Of a stretch of DNA of 64,000 bases, positions 53,737 to 64,000 are shown one piece after another. The position numbers were made by a program, and so were the translations under genes. The stretch is from NCBI RefSeq assembly GCF_036321535.1, contig NC_087437.1, positions 31,746,001 through 31,810,000 of the forward strand. Reading direction: 5' to 3'. The notes beneath the pieces were generated by a model, which saw only the letters and a program-made list of their open reading frames with translations, was not told the origin of the DNA and ran no database searches. Position 1 is the first letter of the stretch, and each line of letters begins with the position of its first letter. This stretch comes from Camelus dromedarius. Taxonomy: Eukaryota.

Positions 53737-53891
53737 AAAAGAAAATCTTGAAGGCCTACATGTCATAGAATTTGCTTTCATCTGATTAGAAGAGAACACC
53801 AGTTATTTAGAATAAGCCTCTTAAAACCACGAGAACTCTGTGGTTACCTAGAGAATATTGCCTACAAACTAATGCAAGATTTATCTTACAG

Positions 53892-54191
53892 GTATCTGAC
53901 TTAATCGAAGGTGCCACTAGAGACCTAAGGCTGAAAGTGGCCACTCTTGAAGAAAAACTCCATGAATCTCATATTCAATATACTAAAGAATCCGAGTCAA
54001 AGGAGAAAGAAATTGAAAACCTTAAAAATTTGCTTGCAGAGTTTGAATCACACTTGAAGAAGGAAATTGACAGTAATGATTCCATTTCAGAGGACTTGAG
54101 GAAGGAAATGAAACAGAAGTCAGATGAACTGGAAAGAGTGATGCTGGCACAAACACAACTGATACAAAAATTCAACCAGTCCCAGGAAGAG
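53892..54191 (+). CDS. LEKR1: LEKR1 internal coding exon (300 nt, phase 0->0): VSDLIEGATRDLRLKVATLEEKLHESHIQ...LIQKFNQSQEE
   Basis: Acceptor tcttacag|GTA and donor GAG|gtagga. It overlaps ORF 53937..54206. The remaining downstream coding sequence was not seen in the window. Confidence 0.95.
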
Positions 54192-54786
54192 GTAGGAAGC
54201 AGATGATAGAACCATTACAATCAGTGAATGAGTTGTATATTCTTTCAAAAAACAAATGAACAAACAAAAACATGAAAGGCAGCTTGTCATGCAAAGGCTC
54301 CTAGACTGTTAGTCAGAGACCTGGGGTCATATCCTGGCTCTGTCCTTAACTAGGCAGGCACTTAACCTCTCTAGACCTGGCTTCCTTTTCTGTAAAATGA
54401 ATAAGACATTGAACTACATAATCTCTAAGGTTTCCTCAGCCAGTTCTACTGTTACAAATGATGATTTAAAACCTCTAAGATTAGAAATCTTTATATATTT
54501 ATGTCTTATTTGTTTTGACATTAAATCTTTGCCAAGGAAACTTTTAGAGCACTTGCTGCTTAAGTTAATATTTTGGACATATATTTTAAATGTAACTATT
54601 CCTTGGGGTTTTATTTTTCTGTCAACTTAAACTTACAACTTACACGTATTGGTCTTCTTTCCTATGTATGCATGATTATTTCAGCAATGTTTTTATTTAA
54701 ACTGGAGTAGACTTATTTTGATTTGAAAATTTTTTCCCCTAACAAAGTCTTATTTCTGAACTGCTGAGCAGCTTAGGAATTGTGGA

Positions 54787-55096
54787 TGCTATGGATTGAA
54801 TGTTGGTATGTCCCCCCAGATTTATATGTTGAACTCTAATCCACGATGTGATGATATGTAGAGGTGGGACTTTGGAAGGTGATTCTGTCATGAGAGAGGA
54901 GTGGGCTTGGTGCCCTTATGAAAGAGCTTCCTCGCCCCTTCTACCATGTGAGGACACAGCGAGAGGATGGCTGTCTATGAATGAGGAAGCAGGCACCTCA
55001 CCTTGATCTTGGACTTCCCAGCCTCCAAAACTGTGCTGTCTGAGCCACCTAGACTCTGGAATTTTGTTATAGCAGCCCAAACTGATTAATAAGACA
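54787..55096 (+). mobile_element. MLT1A-like MaLR LTR
   Basis: tgctatggattgaatgtt...ccatgtgaggacacag...ttggacttcccagcctccaaaactgtg...ttgttatagcagccc...taagaca. Confidence 0.85.
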
Positions 55097-55537
55097 GTGG
55101 AGCAATTCTTCAATAACCTAGAATTAGAATATTGTCACATTAGAATCTGTGGTTCCATCTATGACAGTATAGCAAATAAAGGCAAATGAAAGAAGATTCT
55201 GAATGTTAGTGACAAGTAATATTCTTGTTGGTTTTATTGGCATCTTAATAAAAGGAAAGTGCTAGTAGTAATATTGATTATTAAAAATATACCATGTTCT
55301 TGCTATATTTAAATTATAAGCCAAAATAAAAAGTTTGTGCCTTAATTATAATTATGAAATGAATTGCATCAATATGCAATTATGAATAAGACTGACAACT
55401 GCCATTCCTTTCTCTCAAAGAGAATTTTAAAGGAAATATTATGTGAGTGATTAAATTGACATCAGAAGAAAGATTAACTTAAAAAGAAACTTATATAAAA
55501 AGCATAGACTAAAAGTTAAAAAATTAGACTTAAGGGC

Positions 55538-56125
55538 TTGCATTAGTTATCTATTGTTGCATAACAAATGATCATCAAATTCAGTGGCTTTAAACAACAA
55601 CTATCTATTATCTCATAGTTTCTAAGGGTCAGGGATCTGAATGTGGGACTTAGCTGTGTGCCTCTTGCTCAAGGCCTCTCATGAAGTTGGTGTTAGGGTA
55701 TTGGGGCTACAGTATCATTTAAAGGCTCAACTGGGGGAGGGTTGGCTTCCAAGCTCAGTGATGTGGTTGTTAGCAAGATCTATTTCCTCACAGATACTGG
55801 GCTGAGAGCCTCAATTCAGTGCTGGCTATTGGTTAGAGGCCCCCCCTCAGTTTATTCCAACATGAACCTCTCCACAGAAGAGCTGGCAGTGTGGCAGCTG
55901 GCTTCCCTCAGAGCAAGCAAGTCAGAATGAGAGAGTACAAGAGAAGGTGCCCAGGATAGAAGCCACAGTCTTTTTGTAACCTAACCTCATCCCATTGCTT
56001 TTGCTACTTTCTACTCATTAGAAATGAGTCAACAAGTCCCACCCACACTCAACACAAAAGGATTGCACGGGGGTGTAAACAGCAAGAGGGTGGGGGTAAC
56101 TGGGGGCCATTTTAGAGGCTACCAG
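55538..56125 (-). mobile_element. MLT1F/G-like MaLR LTR
   Basis: attagttatctattgttgcataacaaat...agtggctttaaacaac...ggggccattttagaggct. Confidence 0.75.
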
Positions 56126-57379
56126 TCTCAGGGCCCCTGAAGGTAATTTTGGCAAGAAAAACTAGACTGGCACACTAAAGAAGTACACTGGGGTTCTTCC
56201 TCCTTCTTAGTTGTAAAAGGAAGCCACTTAGAGATGCAAAAAATAATTTTTTAATGTGGACTCTTGAACGATACAAAACACTGAGTTGGTATATAAATGA
56301 TCATGGATCATTACTGGGGAATAGCAAAGAATCATCCCAAAAGTAAAGTTACCTAAAGACATGCCAGGGGGTAGACTTTCCATTAGAAGTTAAATAATTA
56401 CAACTGAACTGTGAGAGTAAATAATTAAGGCTGCTTCTCTGGTGAATAATGTGAAGTCCAGAATATTCTTATAAAAATAGGAAATGAGCTAATACAAGTC
56501 ACAGGAGCTATGAGCCAGAAAGAATAGAGGTTGTTAGCGTGTAAAGTGAAAAGCACTACTTTTTTTGTGATGGTGCATTCCGGACACTTGAAATTTCTCA
56601 GGTTCTGGAGGAGAAAAGCCTCATTTAAGTGGAGAACAAATTCCCATTAGAAAGAAGATAAATTAATGGTCTAAGAAGGAAGCTAATTAAGGGGAAGAAA
56701 GCCCTGCTCTCATTCAAGAGGCCAGAGAATAGGTAGAACTTTGTTTTTAATTGTATAAAGGAAGTTCTCAAGGATAGAAGGAAAGCCATAGCCTCTGAAG
56801 GACAGAATAGACATTCCTGCATGGAGCAGGGATTAGTGGAGGCTGCCACAGAAACAAGGATTGAGAAGGTGCAGCAACAAAAGATGCAGGTCAGTAAGAG
56901 GAAAGAAAATGGAAAAGAAAACTGTATGGGAAATGGAAATGTGGGAAGGAGCCTCCTGAAAATTCTTCATAGGGAGAAGACACAGACATAAAAAATTAGA
57001 ACATTAAAAAAAAAAAAGAAGAAGTCAGAAAAGAAACATAGTATGTTAAAGAACAGGGCATTGTCATTTAAAATCAGGTTAAAATAGATCACGTGCTTCT
57101 TGCTGCAGTTTTGCTTCCTGCCAGCTCCATGTGAGTCCTGTCAAGACAGCATGGCCCCACTGTTAGGAGCCTTGTGATCCAGAGGAAGAATGTGATAAAT
57201 TCAAAACACAATTTGTGTACAACTATCAAAGGAAAGCCAGTACAGAGAGTTCAGTATTTTTGTTGTCTTAAGACTATAGATAAGGAAAACATAAGGGGCA
57301 GAAGTTTTCAGTTCTACCAGTTCCTGTAGCTAGCTAGCTAATGAAGATGAAAGATATTCAAAACTAGAAGGGAATGCTC

Positions 57380-59810
57380 TTAGTTAAACATGCAGAATTG
57401 AATGCATATGTTTATCTCTCCTTCTGTCCCAAAACACCACTAAAATGACAGTAAATTAATAAAAAAGGAATAAATCCATAAGGAAGAGAACAAGAAAAGA
57501 GGTGACACTAGATGAAAAAGATGTGTTGACCAAATTTTGGAAAATGGAAAGCAAGGTATGGATAATAGGTAATTAGCAGACTGTAGGATATGGAAACCTA
57601 ATGCCTGTGAGGAGTGTAGGAGTGGCTGGAATCCTAAAAGGAGCAAACTCAATCACGTGACATGACACTGGGAAGACTCAGGAATTGGGGACACCAGATA
57701 CCTCTGAAAGAGGGAGAAAAGAGTGGATCCGAAAACAGGACTGTTTGAATGATTGTAAAAGGAGCAAATAAGTGCTTGGATGCCCTCTCTAACCCCTCAA
57801 GCAGCCTCCACCCACCATCCTGGCAGGATACCCAAGGTCTAGATTCTAGAAAAACTGAATGCCAGGGTCTTTTGGACCTAAGTAATATACAGCAGCAGCG
57901 TATGGGATAAGGCAAGAGCTGGAGTAAAGTCTGTATGTTACAGAGTGAGACCTCCCAGTCCAAGTCACCCGCTCACTTCCCAGAACATGGACAACCAGGC
58001 TTACGTGTCAGTAGCCAGAAAACTATGGACACTGACAATTGGGGTCTCTTAATGAAGTGTTATATCCATGTCCCATCTACCCACTGAGACATATCCCAGT
58101 CAATAAGCTCTCCTACCTAGGCACACAGAGGTTCCAGGAACATTTTGGAGACTCATTTTTAAACATGAAAAGCCAAGGATCCCCAGTCATTTGAAGAACA
58201 CCTCTAATATCAAAGACAGAAATCAGGATCAAACAAATAAGCAAAAAATAACTCATAAGAAACAAATATAAAACAACACGGGAAGCAAAAGTTAGCTTCA
58301 AAAAAGAGCATAATTAATATCCTTAGAGAGAAAAGAGATGTTGTATCCATGAAATAAACAGGAGGCTATAAAAAAAGAAAAGGAATGAGTATTAAAATAC
58401 AAGAATTGAAATTTAAAAATTTAATGTTTGGCTTTGATGATAAAGCTGAAGAAATCTTCTCAGAAAGTAGAAGGGAAAGGCAAAGAGATGGAGAGAAGAA
58501 AAGAAAATTAGAGGATCAAGCCAGGGTACCTAATACCTCACTAATAGGAGTTCCAGAAAAAGAGGACAGAGAAAATGGAAGGGAGAAAACTATCCAGGAA
58601 CTAATTCAAGAATTTTTCCAGGCACTGAAGGGCATGTATTTTCTATATTGAAAGAGTCCACCCAGCATCATGAGCCATCATTACCTTAAGGATAAACATA
58701 AGTACTTATAAGCTTCCAAGAAAAAAAAAAGAGATCACTTAAAGAGGGTTGGGTATCAAAATGACCTCAGAATTCTTTACAGCAGCAGTAGAAAATAGAA
58801 GACAATGGCTTCCAAATTCTGAAGGAGAATTATTTCCAACCTAGGTTTCTATATCCTGCAAATGATCAGTCAAATCCAAGTGTCAAATAATATTTGCAGC
58901 TATTAGAGTTCTCAAAAATGATACTTCTTTTTCAGCCTTCCTCAGAAAGCCGTTAGAGGATGCATGACACGACAATGAAGGAGTAAACTAAGAAAGGAGA
59001 AGACATAGGAATAAGGAAATGAGTGTTCTGACACAAGAGAGAGGTAGAGGGAGTCCCCAGGACCATGGTGGGCAGAAATCCAAGAATTACAGCAGTGCAG
59101 ATTTAGAAAACAATCAGGCTGGGTTTAGCAGAAGAACAGAGGGATTTTAGAAGCGTGTATCTGAAAAATAAGAAGCTGATGGATTACACGGAGTGCTTGA
59201 CCATGTTGAGAGTATATTTGCACTTCTGTAAGTGGGTTTGGTGAAACAGATAACCATTAGTTATCAACACCTAGACAACGAAGTAGATGAAGACTGGGAT
59301 AATAATAAACTCTAGAAGGAAACTGTGCAAGAAAGGAAAGGTAATCACAGTGCACTGCATGGCTAAGATGTGAATAATATTTATACGCTATAATCATATA
59401 AGGTGAAATATAGTTTTGACTAAAATTTGTGATATAAATTGGGAAGATTTCCCAATAAAACTGAGATAGGAATTTCCCCTAGGGGAGCAGAGATATCTCC
59501 TAATAGGGGAGGAGAAACATCTGTTAAGAGTTGGAATAAGAAGATAACTCCTCATCTTTCATTCTATGAAATCAGTAGAAAACAACCTCAAAATGGAAAG
59601 CCATGAGATACTGTGTAATGATATTATTTAGGAACATAGAGATAAATATCACAAGAGACACCTTAAAAACCTGAAAATGGTTGTTCCTGTGAGGCAGGAC
59701 TGGGAACTGTGAAGGAATGATTTTTTTTTCATTATAATTGTATAGTATTATTTAAATTTTTAACTGTATGTAATGTATTACTTTAATTTTAAAAAATAAT
59801 TTAAATTAAT
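57380..59810 (+). mobile_element. HAL1/L1ME-like element with decayed ORF1-like region
   Basis: ORF 58385..58651 (LEDQARVPNTSLIGVPEKEDRENG...IQEFF) is L1 ORF1-like. No ORF2-like sequence follows before an AT-rich 3' end. Confidence 0.6.
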
Positions 59811-60139
59811 GGAAAGGAGTAAATTATAAAGAGGACCTGACAGGGTGGCAGAGGAAAGGATAAAGGACAAACCAGGAAAGTTATAGATAAAGCAAATAAC
59901 AGAATATGAGCCTTTAAGGAGATTTTTTTTAAAAAATGAAGAAAAAGTAGATTCTAGCTTAAACTTTAGTGACAGGTGCCTGACATACTTCTATTTATTC
60001 CAAGTCTGAATAAAAGGAGAGCTCCTCCATGAACCCAGAGAATCCCAGAGGCAAGCTTAGGTATACATCTGTGTGCCTAAAACAGTTGTTCATGCATTCG
60101 TCTAAAATTTAAGTAGTTGTTTTTAAATAGATGCTAAGA

Positions 60140-61110
60140 AGAAATAGTAATTCAGGTAAAGGGATGAAGGAGAGGCGCTCTATTAAATGGGGTAGTCAGA
60201 GGACTCAATATTCAAGCAGACCTAAAGTGAGGAACAGAACATTCCAGGCAGAGCCAATAGGAAGTGTGAAGGCCCTGTGGCAAGGAGCATCCTGGGAGAA
60301 ACCACAAGGAAGTCAGCGAGCACTACTGGAGCTTAGCGAGCAAGGAGGGTGGATAGAAAGCAAGATTGGAGGGGCCAGTTCATGTGGCGTGTTTGTGGGC
60401 TGCAGTAGGACTTTGGATTGTTTTCTAAATGTGATGAAAAGCTACTTGGAATTTTGAACAAGGGAGCAATATGATCTGACTTATTTTTAGGGGATAAACT
60501 CTGACTGCTGTGTGAAAAATAGGTTGAAGGAGGGGGGCAAAAATGAAAGCAGAGAGACCTATTACAAGGCTCTTGAAAAGGTCTAGAAAAGCAATGATGG
60601 TCATCGTGGTAAAAGAGGTGAGACGGGGCCAGATATTTTCAAGGTAGATGTAACAGAAATTGCTGATGGGTTGGATGATGTGATCAAGGATAACTCCAAA
60701 ATTTGGAATCTCAACAACTGAGTGGGTGAAAGTGACATTTACTGAGACGGGAAACACTAGTAAAGAATACAATTGGGGAGGAATATCAAGAATTTGATTT
60801 GGGACATATTAATCTCAATATGTATATCAGATATTGAAGTGGAAGTGTTGAATGGGCAGTGTGTTCAGGGGAAGGCTGACTAGAGATACTGATTTGGAGA
60901 CATCTACAAACAGCTGATACTTAAATGAGATCACCCAGGGAATGAGGTAATAGAGGAGAGGGCTGAGAACACTCCATCTTTCAGAGGCTGGAAGGAGGAG
61001 GAGAATCCCGCAAGGGTGGCAGAGGAGGAACATCTAGTGAGGTAGGAGGGAAACTGGAGAGGACTACCAAAGACTCTGAGGAAAAAAAGTGTCCAAAGAG
61101 GAGAGCATGC
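60140..61110 (-). mobile_element. L2 remnant
   Basis: Purine-rich L2-antisense motifs (acattccaggcagag; tgatctgactta...actctgactgctgtgtg; tttactgagacgggaa). Confidence 0.7.
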
Positions 61111-61962
61111 AACTTAGACAAGATGCCCACAACCCCTTGTACAGAAACTTTGGTTTCAGATAGCTTTTGGAATTCAAATTATTTTGAATTTTAGAAAGTT
61201 AGTAAAATACATATGTTCCTGGAGATTTAGGGCAGCCCCTCCCATACAGTGACATTAATATTTATGCAGTGGAACATAGGAATGGCCCCACGGAGTGAAA
61301 TAAATAAAGATAATCAGTCCAGTCAGATTTTATTACCAATGCTATGAGTTACACATATTTTTCTTTTCTGAGCTTTTTGAATGTCAAAGTTGTGGCTAAT
61401 GGATTATAGATGTGTATTTGCTTTCTTTCTTTATAACAGCAGTTTTCTCGGCATCTTGGATCTGTTTTTGTTTAAAAAACAAAAAAGGAGAGTATATATG
61501 TTTCTCTATAGGATACAGACAGAGAGAAATGACAAGAAAAAGTGAAGGAAGAATTTTCCCCAAACTATTTACAGTGGTTACCATTGAGGGAGTCGGAAGA
61601 TGGGCAGGGGTTTCACTTCTTACAGCTTTTTAAAATTGGGATTGTGGATGACTTTTAAATTTTTTGGTGTTTTGAATATTTTTCGAATATGAAGTCTTTT
61701 TAAAGAAAAGAAAACCTATTTGTTTAGGAAAGTTTATTAATAAATGTGGCAAGGATGGATTTATGTAAACTCTAAGCTTAAATTTTAGGGTTGCATGCAT
61801 TTACAAATACAAATCGCTTTTTTTACAAGGATTTACTTAGTTTTAGGATATATACTTACCTCATTTGTGTATTTATTTGAATAGAGAAAATGGCACACAT
61901 TTCTCTGGTAGCTCTATTTATGAGAAACCAAAGTTAGTAAGTTAAAAAATGAGTGGTTCTCT

Positions 61963-62119
61963 GGGGGAAGGAGTTCTCAGTGGTAGACTGCTTGTACAAG
62001 GTCCTGGGTTCAATCCCCAGTAAGCCCCTTAAAAAATAAATACATAAATTAAATAAATAATTAAACCTAAATTGCCTCTGCCCCCCAGAAAAGCTTAAAA
62101 AATAATAAATTATTTTTTT
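61963..62119 (+). mobile_element. tRNA-derived SINE (Vic-1-like)
   Basis: A and B boxes (agttctcagtggtag; ggttcaatccc). TSD aaatgagt[g/a]gttct at 61947-61960 and 62120-62133. Confidence 0.88.
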
Positions 62120-64000
62120 AAATGAGTAGTTCTTAATTTGGAACTGAATAAAGAGAACATCTGAATCTCTTCCGAAGAGTAAAGGGGTAAGTGGAAGTTC
62201 TCTAACCTCCAGCTGCACAGGGAGCAGGGGAGGACGGGGTGGTGCATGCGGAGGGGCCGTTCCCAGGGTTGTTCGGCAGGGCTAGGGGGCTCAGACTGAG
62301 ATCCAGGCAAGACTGTCTTTCACATGTTGGAGAGTCAGCCCTGAATAGATGCTAGAAAATTGACAGAATGAGAAAAAATACAGAGAAATTGTTTTTGTTG
62401 TATATAATCAATACCAATTAAGTCTTCATTAAAGTTAGCTCACTGACTTGGAAAAGTAGATCCTGAACACCATGTCTTCCTCGGCTCTTCCTCTCCATCC
62501 TGAAAATCCACTCTTGAGGCATATCAGTCCAAGGGATTATTCCCCTCTGTTTCCACTTCTGTTTTGATATGTCTGCCTTAGTTTTCGCAGGGTCCATCAT
62601 GTTCACAAGCATAGAAATAACAATGTTAAGAACAACCTTCCTGCCATCCATTTCACTTCTTTCCTGGAAATGTATTCACATTCTCCTTCCTGCTTTACCA
62701 AAGGGCCATTTCCATCCACTGTTTTTCTGCAGTGTTTTGGGCTGATCAGATTACTTGAACAGAAGCCTTAAATGGAAGTTTGGGCACATCCTTTGCTAAC
62801 TCCTACTCATCTTTTTGGTTTCCACACCTTTTCCACAGACTTTCCTTTCACCTCAGCTCCCCACCCAGTTGGCCAACCACTCACTCACCCTGGGATGTAT
62901 CTAGTTTGGGTCAGTGGAAACTGTAACTAAGTTAAATAAATAACTGTAAATAATCTGATCATTCCACGAGTGATTCCGACCTCTCTGGGTAGAAGGCATG
63001 AGCAAAGACACCCATCTGTGCTTCTTCACTGAGGACTTGCTTTCCTGGCATGTTCACCCCAAATTGTGCCAGATACAGCTGATTGCCATCACAAGTGGAA
63101 TTCTCACCTTCAGAATGATCAAGTTACCCAGCAAAGCCTTCTCTTGCTTCTTCCACTGTTTTTGGAATTGAAAGCAATCCAGCTGTCTCTAAGGATAAAA
63201 GTGAAAACAAACATAAAAATAAACCAGTCTTACATTGCAGAGAGTGAGGGGAATTGGCCATTTTTTTAATATTAGAAATTTCAAACAGATGGTGAGCTAA
63301 TTTATATTTTCATTTTGACATTTGCTTACCCAGTGGGAGTGCACTTAAGCCATATTTTAAGTCCATTCAAAGTGGCCTTCATCAGAAAATGTTGTAGACA
63401 AACCTATAGATGATGCTCTCCACCAACTGGCAGAGCTTATGGACCCAGGGATGCTAGCTCACCTCCTGCTAGACCATGCTAGCCAAGGCCCACTAGGGAT
63501 AGGAACCTCTGCCCTGGAAACTTTGGCCTCCTATCCTCCCTGCCTCCCATCTCACCCTGTTCAGGGCCGTTTTCCACAGAATTGGCAAAGGGATCTTCCT
63601 TTCTTGCAGATTTGACCTTCCAGCCCCTGATCAAAATAAACCTTTCAATGACTTCAGATGGCCCTTACAATGAAGTTAAAACTCTATTATTAGCATGTTA
63701 CCAAAGTCATCCTTGATCTGACTCTCCTGACTCCTCCCTGTCTCAGTCCTGGTCTCTTCTTCCATTTTGCACTCTGCACTTGAGTCATACTAAGCCATGT
63801 GTCATCCCAAGATGTGACTCTCCCTCTCTCACTGCCAGGGGTTTGCACTCTCTGCCCACCTCTGCCTGGAGAACCCCACCACCCCTTTGCACCTGACTCA
63901 TGCCTCCCTTCCATTTTGACTTACAGTTTAGTTGCAATCCAGTAATAACACTATTTTACCATTCCAAAATATGGCCAAAGATACCTCCACCTAGAAGATT

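Overview
This is mammalian genomic DNA, probably camelid (alpaca, llama or camel), judged from four Vic-1-like tRNA-derived SINEs. The window lies inside one + strand protein-coding gene that I recognise as LEKR1 (leucine, glutamate and lysine rich 1). Six internal coding exons (923 nt) have canonical AG/GT boundaries and join in one open frame; neither the start nor the stop codon is in the window. The introns are dominated by transposable elements: a young 5'-truncated L1 with a perfect 15-bp target-site duplication (TSD), fragments of the same L1 family, old L1M/HAL1, L2, MIR and CR1 remnants, MaLR LTRs and DNA-transposon MITEs. Repeat family names come from memory of consensus sequences, not from a search. 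I found no convincing wholly new biological system. The best candidates for a second look are: (1) an ERV 3' transcript apparently retroposed by L1 machinery just upstream of a LEKR1 exon; (2) a probable L1 3'-transduction or retroposed transcript nested in an old L1; (3) a tail-to-tail L2 hairpin with miR-95-like architecture; (4) an AG|GT recursive-splice-like acceptor; (5) long inverted repeats that could pair in the pre-mRNA.
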